From Amphiscolops sp. MND2022 (Eukaryota), in assembly GCA_964187785.1 (NCBI GenBank), contig OZ076409.1:52144001-52208000 (forward strand): a stretch of 64,000 nt of DNA, read 5' to 3'. The notes under the pieces are model-generated. The model had not been told where the DNA came from, did no database searches, and saw nothing but the letters and a program-made list of their open reading frames with translations. Below, piece after piece: positions 32,385 to 42,732 of the stretch (position 1 is its first letter; each line of letters opens with the position of its first letter). Made by a program: the position numbers and the translations under genes.

Positions 32385-35300
32385 TGTAACGGCTGCTTGA
32401 TCCCTTCAATTGACCAAACTTTACGCCGCCCTGAATTCGGTGCTCGGCACTGCGGATCGTTACCGAACACTGCTTGCTTCTTAGATTAAAAGGACTGTAT
32501 CTTGACTTAGTAGGATCCAATGATCCCGAATCGCACTTCTTCCTTGTCTCTTAACGCGTCCAACTCTCCACAAGTTGAGAGTAACTAACTTAGTCGCCCT
32601 AAGTCTTTGGCGAAAAGTCGAAAAGAGGTGAAGAAATGAATTGAGAATTGAAATGGTCCTAAGACCCAACTTGAATACAGCGTTCCAATCATTTTGTGCC
32701 TATCTAACAATGGTATACATATCGTTTACAATTATTCGATAAATATGAGTCAAAATATGAAGTATAAATAAATGACATTTAAAGCATAAAATGAAGTTAT
32801 TGGCTAAGTAAACAAACTATAGTGTGGGTATAGCATGTTGGTTAGGTGGGCTCTAAAGCTTGTTTACACAATGTAAATATCAGTAATTTCAACAGAGATG
32901 AATTTCCTTCAAGGTCATATGAGAGAATCACATAATAATTGATACATCAAAAATTGGGTAATTCATGGGGTCCGACCTAGGTCACTTTGGGTGTTAATTG
33001 CTCGGAACCCAGGGGAGATACGGGGTAGGTTGTTAAGAGTGAAAAGTTAGGGAAGCACCACCACTATATGTGTTTCAAGGTGATTGAATGAGTGGTTTAC
33101 CGGGACGGGGGGGTGGCCCTTTTTTACATAGGGTCATTTTTACTTAGACTTGTATTTTTCCATCTAAAATCTTGATAAATTTTCTAAGTCTTTTGAGTTG
33201 TAAGTTTCATCAGTCACGTTCGAATTTGAGTTTCTGATCTCGCAATTGACTGGCGCCAACATTGCCGGCCCTGTTTTTCTCCCGAAAAACACTTTCATAG
33301 AACATGGGTGCCAGTCTCACTACTGGTGGTCTGAGATTGTCATCAGTCATCGTTGTCTTTCTAAGATCTTCAGCTTCATAGTCATGTTTGCCAGTTGTTT
33401 GCTGTGTTCTTTCTCTACTGCAATGCTTCTCCAGCCCATAATCCATTTCCCTGACCATACAGTTGTTGTCGACAAGTTGACATAAAACAAAATATTTCCA
33501 AAAAACTGTTGTCTCATTTGAAGTGATAGTTTTCCCAATTTTCCCAATCTTCATCATCAACGTCCGACATTCATTGAGTTCAATTGATTGCCTTTCTTTT
33601 GAAGCGTCGAAAGGTATGATACAAAATTGCTTCAGGTCGTTTAACCCGACTTCCAGAATAATTTCAACATCCAAAGAGTAGATTTCCATATAAGTCGAAA
33701 ATGTCTTCAGACAGTTTCCCAAGATTTGCTCTGCTACATATTTCCTCATCAAAGTTGACTGACCGCGGGGGAGATATGTCAAAGAGAGTTCGTTCTCTAA
33801 TCGTTCCATACTCAAGCTTTCAATTTGGCGTTTGGAAGAGATTATTGAATCATCCATCATCATCACCAATAGATAAAGAGAATTTCCAACATTACGGCGA
33901 CTGGAGTTTTTTCCTTTGTGTTCATTGCTCTCTTTGCATTCAATAGGAGGGGATTTGTGTTCTGAACTCAGTCGCTGTGCTGCATTTTGCTCTTTACTTA
34001 CAGACACGTCGTTTTTCGTAGCTACATCCGAGTTTTCTCCAAATAACTGCAATGCCGTGGAGTTTTGCTTCCGCTTCTGTTTGTAGAGATTCACTGTGCT
34101 TCTCTCACCACAAAACTTCAATTCCTTTTCATCTAGGTTTCTAACTGGCTCCGATAGATCAGCAGAAACTTCCAATTTACAACAAGACCCATGCCGAGTC
34201 CACATTGTCTTGAAAAGTGCAGCCGGCCCATTGCAAGACCCGTCGCTCCAACTTTCTGTGGTTGGTACTTTCAAAGAACACATTTCCATTCTTGACACTG
34301 ATGAGTTGTCTCTGAACTCACGTAGCCAAAGTGTGTCATCTTGTGGTGTTCCATTCATGTTCAACTGAGCTCCTTCCTCCATTTCCTGTATCAGGTTCCA
34401 GTTATGTTCAATCTTCCAAATTCTTTTCTTCAGTTGCTTGCGGTAGCCTTTGCTCAATTGTGTTTTGTCAATGTCGTTAGCCTGTGACACTGCGTCCATC
34501 CCTGAGTTTCCATTACCAATCCAATGGTTCCATACATTTCTATGACTCAGGTTAGTTTCTTCTAAAAGACTTTCATTGAAGTCGAAATCCGTTTTCTTTC
34601 CAAAGGTTGCATTCACGACTTGTGTTTCCGTTTTAGCATTGCTTTTCGCGGGTTTTTCATGTTTCATTGCAACGTGGCATAGCTTTTGATACATGACGAT
34701 TTCATTCAAGTCTTCTGGCAGTGTATATCGTTGCTCATTCACAAAGTCATAACTTTTGACAAATTCATAACATTTGTTTCCTTCTTCAAGGAGTAGAGTA
34801 ATGTCATAGGACACTGTCACTTGGAATAGTTTCCCCTGTCGCACGTCCTGTAGTACGGTCGAAACTTCTGCCATCTCTTGCAGCAGTTCCAATTGCACAC
34901 TCATTTCTTCCGAAGTTTCATTGTTTGATGCGAAGGCTAAGCTTCGATGTTCTTTCATAGTTTCAGTCATTGTGTAATCCAAGGTCTCTTCTGTTTGCAC
35001 TATCAAGTGCTCACTCATGACCAAGTGAATCTCTTCTTCCAAAACTTGTTCTGTATCCACGAGGAGGATTTCTGATCGGAAGTCTTGCCAGCCATTGTCT
35101 ACAAAGAACGTTTCTGGCCAGTTCCACATCCATTCTGTGATTAGATTTTTCGAAGTTCCTTTGTTTGCATTGCTTTCAATATTTGTCATATTTGAGTCTT
35201 CATGTGCTTCACGTTTGATAGTTTTGTCTTGCAACTTTCCATGGTTTGGACACTTGTCTGAACACTTCATCTGCTCAGGTTTCCATTTTTTCACTGTACA

Positions 35301-38300
35301 CTTTCCTTTTGTTGTCCAGTCAAGAGTTTTGAGCAAAACCATTTCTTCTTGCTTGCCCAAAACGTCGTCTTTTCTTTTCAGCGATTCATTACGACCACTT
35401 GAACTTTCTTTGCTCGAAGTTTGCCTTAGTTGAGTTTGCTTCACAGTTCTCATCATTGAACTACTTTCAACGCTTTTATGGTTCGAGCGCCAATGTGATC
35501 CAACAATACTCTTTGAATCAGTTCGCCCAAAACAGGCTTCTTTGTTGTTTCTCAGGTGTGAATCTTTGTTCGCCACTTCATTCATGTTGTTCCGAGAGTG
35601 AGGGTTTTGCCCACGCCGTTCAGTTCCTGTAAGAGGCTTCCTTGAGGTCGAGGATGCCCTGAAGGTCCGATAACATTTCTGAGGGCCTTTACTTGGTTGC
35701 AATTGCTTTGTCACTTTCTGTGATTGTGTCAGTTTTAGCTGCATCTCATTTCGCGCTGAATCCATGTCGTTTTTTAGGACTTGTTTGGCTCTAGCGATTT
35801 CTTCTTCGAGTTTAGCAATTTCTAGTTCTTCCGCGATTATCCTCATGTCCATCTCCTCTTGTTTCTTTCGGATCTCGGCTTTGCGTCTTGCTGCAGCTAA
35901 CTGCTCATCAATTTCATCTTGTTTCTTCATTGCTTCCAATTCTAGAAGAAGTATTCGTTTTGCATTTGATGACTTAGAACTAGCTGTTGTTCTGTTGCTC
36001 TTTGAGGTTGCTTTGACTGACCCTTTGTTGCTTTGTTCGGGTAACACTTTCACATCCCAGATTGAATTAATCACATCAGAGGGGTTGGATGCTCCAACAA
36101 CGCGTCGTTCCTCTTCAGTTACCCTGCTTGATTGTGCCAGTGATTTCATTTCACTAGCTACTTCCAATGAGCAATTGCGTTTTGTCGGGTTGAAGCTACT
36201 TTGCTTGAGCTTCCTCGTTTGAGTGCATCTCATTGCCGCATTTGTGGAGGTTCCACTTGCCTCTTGGCGAAGTTTCGTTTTGTCTGTCTCATCTTTTGGA
36301 CCCTTCATCAATGTCTTTACATCTGGGAACCAATAGCCCCAGCTGGCTTCTAACTCAGCAAAGAATTCTTTCCATTCAGTCACACTTCGACTGAGCTGTC
36401 TTTGCTTTTCTTTATTTGTAAGGTCCAACATAAGATCTACGTTATGCAACAATGCTTGTTTATTCTCGCGATATTCGAAAACCCAATCGTTCAATTCTTC
36501 TTTGCGAAGAATAGCGCCTTGCTCGTCCAGCTTGTCATCCAACTCTTTAATCAGAGTCCGTAGTCTTCCAACTTGGGTGGCCACGGCGTTCACATAAAAG
36601 CGCCACACGTACCAGTCGGAATCATTTTCCAAATCTCTTGATCTGAGGTCCATCAGTTCTTGACTCTGATTTGTGTTTCTTTGATCAAATACATTTGTCA
36701 TTCGAGGATGTTGCACCTCGAGCATTTCTTTCTTTCTGGCTTTCATTTGTTCAGATTTCAGTTTGTCGTTTAACTGGGGGTTTTTTGACTACACAATAGT
36801 TTCTTGACGTCTTTGTCACTTTTCCCAAAAACAGCAATTTGATAGATCTGAGGTGTCAACTGCTCAACCCAGTAATCAATCGCCAATTCTTGAAGAATCA
36901 ACCCAAAATGTCAATTATGCTTGCCTTCTTTGACGGATTTGATTGTTTCGGTGGACCTCGCCCAATGACTCGATCCTTTTGCTTTACTTGGTGGATATGC
37001 TTGCAGCGACGTCTTAGTTCAAACCTTTGCTTTCAATTAGGAATACGTTTCCCAAGGATACCATTCGTCCCAAACTGGAATTGAAACACAATTGCCTCCA
37101 GAGTGCTGCTAAAGCCCAACTCCCAGAGCACACAACCAATCCAGTTCCAAATCGCCCAATAGTCCAATACCAAAGCCCCAGTGTACACTTTCCCAGAGTT
37201 CCAATCACCAACTGTAGACCCAGTCTCCACAGTTCTCGTTCGTCTTGAATAGTTGTCTCAGCTACTTGTCGCGATTCCGTTCGAATGCAACGACTCTTGC
37301 AATACTTTTCGATTGCTGTGCGAACAGGATCACCTGTTGCCACTTCTGGGTTTGGAAGGTCCCTACGAATAGGCTTGTCCTCCCAGCTCTCTGGTTTGCC
37401 ACAGAAACCAGCACGGAAGCTCTTCCGAGCTTCGTGTCACTTGAACAGATAGATGTTGTGCCACCCGTTTGATGACTCTAACTGCTCACGTGTCTTCCAC
37501 CACGAATGCAATCCACCCACGATGAAGACGACGTTCCTCTTGTAGTGTCCACCCAGACTGATGTCCACTCCAACTGTTGATGTCCGCCCAATGTGTTGAT
37601 GTCCGCCCAATGTGATGTCCGCCCAATGATGACGTCCGGGTCGGCGGACCAAATGTAACGGCTGCTTGATCCCTTCAATTGACCAAACTTTACGCCGCCC
37701 TGAATTCGGTGCTCGGCACTGCGGATCGTTACCGAACACTGCTTGCTTCTTAGATTAAAAGGACTGTATCTTGACTTAGTAGGATCCAATGATCCCGAAT
37801 CGCACTTCTTCCTTGTCTCTTAACGCGTCCAACTCTCCACAAGTTGAGAGTAACTAACTTAGTCGCCCTAAGTCTTTGGCGAAAAGTCGAAAAGAGGTGA
37901 AGAAATGAATTGAGAATTGAAATGGTCCTAAGACCCAACTTGAATACAGCGTTCCAATCAATTTGTGCCTATCTATAAATGGTATACATATCGTTTACAA
38001 TTATTCGATAAATATGAGTCAAAATATGAAGTATAAATAAATGACATTTAAAGCATAAAATGAAGTTATTGGCTAAGTAAACAAACTATAGTGTGGGTAT
38101 AGCATGTTGGTTAGGTGGGCTCTAAAGCATGTTTACACAATGTAAATATCAGTAATTTCAACAGAGATGAATTTCCTTCAAGGTCATATGAGAGAATCAC
38201 ATAATAATTGATACATCAAAAATTGGGTAATTCATGGGGTCCGACCTAGGTCACTTTGGGTGTTAATTGCTCGGAACCCAGGGGAGATACGGGGTAGGTT

Positions 38301-38514
38301 GTTAAGAGTGAAAAGTTAGGGAAGCACCACCACAATATGTGTGCCAAGTTTCAAGGTGATTGAATGAGTGGTTTACCGGGACGGGGGGGATGGCCCTTTT
38401 TTACATAGGGTCATTTTTACTTAGACTTGTATTTTTCCATCTAAAATCTTGATAAATTTTCTAAGTCTTTTGAGTTGTAAGTTTCATCAGTCACGTTCGA
38501 ATTTGAGTTTCTGA
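32385..38514 (-). mobile_element. Non-autonomous BEL/Pao-derived LTR element, copy A (3' LTR 32385-33261; 5' LTR 37654-38514, outer end clipped)
   Basis: ~880 bp LTRs TGTTGGCGCC...GCCGTTACA, PBS TGGTCCGCCGACCCGGA (tRNA-Tyr-like), PPT GGGAGAAAAACAGGG, ORF ending in BEL-type RPPVVRLAP; no RT, RNase H or integrase catalytic motifs. Confidence 0.85.
33210..36746 (-). CDS. 1178-aa ORF of the BEL-derived element (Gag-like coiled-coil N-terminus, possible pol remnants)
   Basis: Intact ORF; Ser-rich stretch plus LELEAMKKQDEIDEQLAAARRKAEI coiled coil; runs into the 3' LTR. Confidence 0.7.
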   Translation of the reverse strand: MKARKKEMLEVQHPRMTNVFDQRNTNQSQELMDLRSRDLENDSDWYVWRFYVNAVATQVGRLRTLIKELDDKLDEQGAILRKEELNDWVFEYRENKQALLHNVDLMLDLTNKEKQRQLSRSVTEWKEFFAELEASWGYWFPDVKTLMKGPKDETDKTKLRQEASGTSTNAAMRCTQTRKLKQSSFNPTKRNCSLEVASEMKSLAQSSRVTEEERRVVGASNPSDVINSIWDVKVLPEQSNKGSVKATSKSNRTTASSKSSNAKRILLLELEAMKKQDEIDEQLAAARRKAEIRKKQEEMDMRIIAEELEIAKLEEEIARAKQVLKNDMDSARNEMQLKLTQSQKVTKQLQPSKGPQKCYRTFRASSTSRKPLTGTERRGQNPHSRNNMNEVANKDSHLRNNKEACFGRTDSKSIVGSHWRSNHKSVESSSMMRTVKQTQLRQTSSKESSSGRNESLKRKDDVLGKQEEMVLLKTLDWTTKGKCTVKKWKPEQMKCSDKCPNHGKLQDKTIKREAHEDSNMTNIESNANKGTSKNLITEWMWNWPETFFVDNGWQDFRSEILLVDTEQVLEEEIHLVMSEHLIVQTEETLDYTMTETMKEHRSLAFASNNETSEEMSVQLELLQEMAEVSTVLQDVRQGKLFQVTVSYDITLLLEEGNKCYEFVKSYDFVNEQRYTLPEDLNEIVMYQKLCHVAMKHEKPAKSNAKTETQVVNATFGKKTDFDFNESLLEETNLSHRNVWNHWIGNGNSGMDAVSQANDIDKTQLSKGYRKQLKKRIWKIEHNWNLIQEMEEGAQLNMNGTPQDDTLWLREFRDNSSVSRMEMCSLKVPTTESWSDGSCNGPAALFKTMWTRHGSCCKLEVSADLSEPVRNLDEKELKFCGERSTVNLYKQKRKQNSTALQLFGENSDVATKNDVSVSKEQNAAQRLSSEHKSPPIECKESNEHKGKNSSRRNVGNSLYLLVMMMDDSIISSKRQIESLSMERLENELSLTYLPRGQSTLMRKYVAEQILGNCLKTFSTYMEIYSLDVEIILEVGLNDLKQFCIIPFDASKERQSIELNECRTLMMKIGKIGKTITSNETTVFWKYFVLCQLVDNNCMVREMDYGLEKHCSRERTQQTTGKHDYEAEDLRKTTMTDDNLRPPVVRLAPMFYESVFREKNRAGNVGASQLRDQKLKFERD

Positions 38515-39060
38515 CATGCGAAGTCTGAAGGTAATTTTTGTTTAAGCGACACAAAGAGAAAAGTCTTTCAGCATCTGAAGACGAGGAGCGGAAATTCTTC
38601 ATATGCTTCTAAAAACTCGTCAAGAGGAATAATATCATCGCTCACATATGCGTGCTCAGCGGCAGGGAGCTGAGTGTTAGGCTGTTTCGAAACGACGTAA
38701 TCTTTGATTTTTTTGCAAAAAACATTATCATCACCATATGGATTAAAAATAGCCTTAACAATATCATTATCATCAATCCATTTTTCAAGTGTATCTTTAA
38801 CTGGTGAGTTAAGTAAAGGCTCAGTAGAAGCAATATGACGCAAGTATTTAATTGCAGGTTTAGCGGTAGCATGATTCGCAGTGGTATGCTGCAATAAAAC
38901 CGAAGCACTCTGAAGTGGTTTCAGAACCCCAAGTAGGCGTTTCAAAATCTCCCAATCATAGAAATCAAGTTCCTCCGGATACATGATGATAAAAACTTCC
39001 CGCAACTCATAAAATCGCGATAACATATTGTAAAGTGAATTCCACCTAGTAGACATTAGA
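38510..39060 (-). pseudogene. hAT1 transposase C-terminal fragment (continues at 32384-32330 beyond the BEL insertion)
   Basis: STRWNSLYNMLSRF, LKPLQSASVLLQ, DAERLFSLCR, then HHHQRNVFLNKN on the far side of the insertion. Confidence 0.85.
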
Positions 39061-39599
39061 CATTCTAAAATAACTTTGACATTAGTCAATATGTCAATTA
39101 GTCAATAACAAAATAACAAGCGTTTTGGATTTTGATATAAATTTTGAGAGCATGCTACAATTAAGAAATGAGTTGCAATTTATTAACTTAATTTCGAACT
39201 TTAATATTGCGAAAAATCTCTGAAATTTGGTTGGAATTGGAATTGGAATTGAAATTGAAAATTTTGCCGCATAATTGGAATTGGAATTGGTTTTATTTTT
39301 TGTAATTGGAATTGGAATTGAAAATCTCGAAAAAGCGTAATTGGAATTGAAAACGCTTAATTGGAATTGGAATTGATAATTGGAATTGGAATTGACAACC
39401 CTGGTGGGGCATATGCGGTGTATGCACGCTCGCCCTCACTGTCGCAAAGACCAGCTCCCACTACGATCACTTCGCGATCTTCGTCCTCGCTAGGTCTTTG
39501 CTCCTGTTCGACCTCGCTTAGCAAGATGGGAATATAAGCGGCCCCAAGGGGCCGCAGGGCACTAGAGGAAATGGGAAAATATCCGAGGGGGAATATGGG

Positions 39600-41594
39600 C
39601 AGGGATTTCAAGCCAATCCTTAAAAAGGACCTTCCGGTTTGAAAGCTTGAGCTAGCGATGCTTGGACTTGAATTCAAGCCCTAAATATGGTCTTGAGCTT
39701 GAGGTTGAAAGATATCTCAGGGATTGATATCTGAGCTTGAAAACAAAACGTGTCTAAATAGATCACATGTTGCGCTTTTCAACTGGTAACAATGAGAACG
39801 TCTAAAACTCAAACCGAGTCAGCTAGTGCATCAAATTGTGCGCTTTTTCAACTGGTAACAACTCTTACACAGAAAACAAACTTAGAACAAATGAATTCAA
39901 ATTTTCAAGTTAAATAAAAAAACGAATTATTCTTGGCAAAGAACACGTTTCTGGCGTAATGTTCATTACTCATTCTGCATTGTAGGAAGTTCTTGGAGAT
40001 TCTGCACAGTGAAAACAACCTTTCCGTGTCACATGATGTCGGTATAAAGTTTTTCATATACAATCTGACGTCAAAGTCATTGGCTTCTTGAGTTAATAGA
40101 AACTCGTTTAAAGGTAAAACGTGGCTTGGAACGTACGAATGGTCATCTGAAGAGGAAGAAACCGTCGAGCTGAGGCTTGAAGCAAATTCATAAACCTGTT
40201 TTGTGAACTCGTTTTGTAAATTATCAGGACTGAAAATTGCGTTAACGACAGGGTTGTTGTCAACCCATTTAGATAAGGTGTCCTGCACGGGTGAATTCAG
40301 CACTGGTTCAGCAGATTTGATATGGCGAAAGTATTTGATCACTAATTTAGCCGTCTGGACATCTGCATTACCTTTTTGCAACAATAATGCACTTTCTTTC
40401 AAAGGACGGAGGATTTTAATGCAACGTTCCAGCGAATGCCAGTCATAATCCTCTAAATCAGAAGGAAACATACCTTCAAGAAATGGTCGTAGTAGTTGGA
40501 AGCGAACCAGCATCTCCAACAGTGAATTCCAACGGGCCGTATTGTCAAGAACAACACCCAGAACAGGTTTTTCCATGGCACGTTGGTGCGAGCTCAATTT
40601 GTCTCGTTGCTTAGGTGAATTATGAACAGTGCGAACAGTTTTACGAGCGATACGAATTGCGTCCATATAATTATTACTCAAACTCAAACTCTCCGACTGA
40701 AAATGTTCGGATTCACTCTCCGAATTGTAATCCCAATCGTTCTCATTAGGAGCAGCTTCTTCGTCAGTAGGAGGACTAATAACGTTTTTTTGCAATGAGG
40801 TTAATAACATATGTCAAACAAGGAAAGTTGAACCAACCGCATAGCGTCTGCACCACAGTCTGTTACAGCAATTCTGATATCTAAGGGTATTAGATTGAAT
40901 GCCTTCAGCAAATTTTTAATGTTCACAGCAATTTCCGCACTTCCGCAGAATCCTTCATAGGGTACTATTCCTACGGTTCCTAAGGCTATCGCCTTAGATT
41001 GAACATACAAATATACACCGATAAACTTCTTTTGGTCGACAGATGTCCACTTGTCAAATGAAATTACTGGAGGCTGCTTTGCATCACGACTCGAAATAAA
41101 TGCCTGAACTTTATGGTGCAAAAATTGATACTCTTCGTCTAATGATTTATTTAAGCTGTAATTTGAAACGGGATCGAAGTTCATCCGCTTGAACCATTTC
41201 TGCAGTATTGGAGACTTAGTAACCCTGTTCACTGAAATTCTGTCTTCGTAAACCAGTCTAGCAACTTCCGAATGGCCTTTTGCTGCGCATCTGTTTGTTT
41301 GAATTTTAGGAAACGAAATTTCATGTTGGTCGTAAGTTCGTTTCCTGGTTCGATTTACGTTGGTTTGGCATTTTTGCCAATGTCTCTTCATAGTACTTGT
41401 ACCAGATTTCACACTTGAAACCCTCTCACCACATGTAATACACTTTCGTTTTGCAGTTTTCATTCCCTTGACGTAGGCAACAAGAAAAAATTTATTTATT
41501 TCCGTCTTAGTGCTGGGATTTTTCCTCCACTCCATAATGTCCTTAACTGAGTTCACTGGGGATGTACCTTCATCTTCGCCGATTTTCTTATAAT
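39600..41594 (-). mobile_element. hAT DNA transposon 2, 5' terminus lost
   Basis: CAGGG terminus at 39600; ATATGGG on both sides (39593-39599, 41595-41601) as residual TSD; transposase inside. Confidence 0.75.
39905..41556 (-). pseudogene. hAT transposase with BED zinc finger, frameshifted near 40790-40840
   Basis: CITC..GTSTMKRH, SFDKWTS, VTDCGAD, a degenerate CxxH (PCLTY) in a third frame, TARWNS, PTSCDTERLFS. Confidence 0.9.
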
Positions 41595-41928
41595 ATATGG
41601 GACAGTTTGCCGAAACCCATTTTGCCCAATCGGCAAAGTGTCCCTACCTTGCCCATTTTGCCGAATTTTTTTTCGGCAGAGTGGGCATCGAAATTCGGCA
41701 AAGTTGGCAAGGCAGTTGTCTACATCTGCGAAAACAGACTTTTTGAGAGCGAAAATATAATTTGGGGCATATCCGATGTATGCACGCTCGCCCTCACCGT
41801 CGCAAAGACCAGCTCCCACTAGGATCGCTTCGCGATCTCCGTTCCCGCTAGGATCGCTTCGCGATCTCCGTTCCCGCTAGGTCTTTGCTCCTGTTCGACC
41901 TCGCTTAGCAAGATGGGAACATAAGCGG

Positions 41929-42276
41929 GGGTGGGCGGAAGTAGGTCGAAGGAACGGGATCGAAAATCAGAGTTAGTCCTCAGGTCGACATACCAAATTT
42001 TTGAATGGGTTCGAAACAACTCGGATCAAAATTTTTATAACGTAGTCAGATCTGTTCACATACCCCTAGTGCCCTGAATGCAGGAGCGAAGCGAAGCGGA
42101 GCGACGTGCCATATGGCCATGCCTCAATGTTGCCACTTTGCGAAGGGAGCGAAGCGACCGAGCATTACAACAATACGATAAAATTCGACCGCATTCCATT
42201 CGATCCCTGCAATTCGATCAAATGGTTCGACCTCTGTCCTTTCGACCAGAACAATTCGACCTATTTACAGCCACCC
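41929..42276. mobile_element. Mutator-type MITE, family 1, copy b
   Basis: Homologous to 12666-13004; perfect 9-bp TSD CATAAGCGG (41920-41928, 42277-42285); empty site visible at 39533-39541. Confidence 0.9.
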
Positions 42277-42732
42277 CATAAGCGGCCCCAAGGGGCCGCT
42301 GGGCACTAGAGGAAATGGGGACATTTCCGAGACACGTTTTATACTTTGAATCACTTTATAGCTTTAAAAGTCTGTTTTTGCAGTCAACTGCCTTGCCCAC
42401 TTTGCCAAATTTCGATGCCCACGTTGCCGAAAAAAAGTTCGGCAAAATTTCCCATGCTTTCGGCAAAGTGGGATTCGGCAAAATGGGATTCGGCAAAAAA
42501 GGGCATATACCCCGAGGGGTACTTGATATGACATGTTATTATAATACGCTGACTACGTTATAAAGATAAATTCGACAAAATCTGTCACGTGTTTTCAACT
42601 AAGTGGTTTTGAGCCAAGTGACCAATACCCGAGACACTTAGCTTAAAAATTTAGGCCAAGTGACCAATTGTATGAAGCCAAATGACTTTAAGCCAAATGG
42701 CATTAAGCCAAGTGACCATTTACCATAAGAAT

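Larger units (their letters stand above)
13204..39403 (-). mobile_element. hAT DNA transposon 1, internally deleted (own sequence ~1.24 kb), carrying two nested LTR elements
   Basis: 11-bp TIRs CAGGGTTGTCA / TGACAACCCTG, perfect 8-bp TSD GTGGGGCA (13196-13203, 39404-39411), subterminal (AATTGG)n arrays, transposase fragment. Confidence 0.92.
39591..42511. mobile_element. MITE family 4 (TTTGCCGAA sub-repeats), containing hAT2 and MITE 1b
   Basis: Left end GAATATGGG[hAT2]ACAGTTTGCCGAA versus right end TTCGGCAAAAAAGGGCATATACC; flanking duplication CCGAGGGG (39583-39590, 42512-42519). Confidence 0.7.
13047..42724. mobile_element. MITE family 3, outermost shell of the nest (own sequence only ~0.55 kb: 13047-13203, 39412-39590, 42520-42724)
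   Basis: TIRs GGTTACCAGTCACTTGGCTTAATACC / GGCATTAAGCCAAGTGACCATTTACC, TSD ATAAGAAT (13039-13046, 42725-42732), AAGCCAAGTGACC sub-repeats at both ends. Confidence 0.82.

Noticed and set aside
32481..32669. Recurrent MGLRTISILNS... ORF (also 37750, 48708, 54389, 59679)
   Set aside because: Repeats only because it lies in the BEL LTR; TTG start and variable C-terminus.
39230..39395. (AATTGG)n arrays as CRISPR or telomeric repeats
   Set aside because: No repeat-spacer structure; they are hAT subterminal repeats, also present at 32098-32200.
39538..39565. Canonical Helitron 3' end (hairpin plus CTAG)
   Set aside because: CTAG is followed by A rather than T and homology continues past it; treated as part of the shared MITE core.
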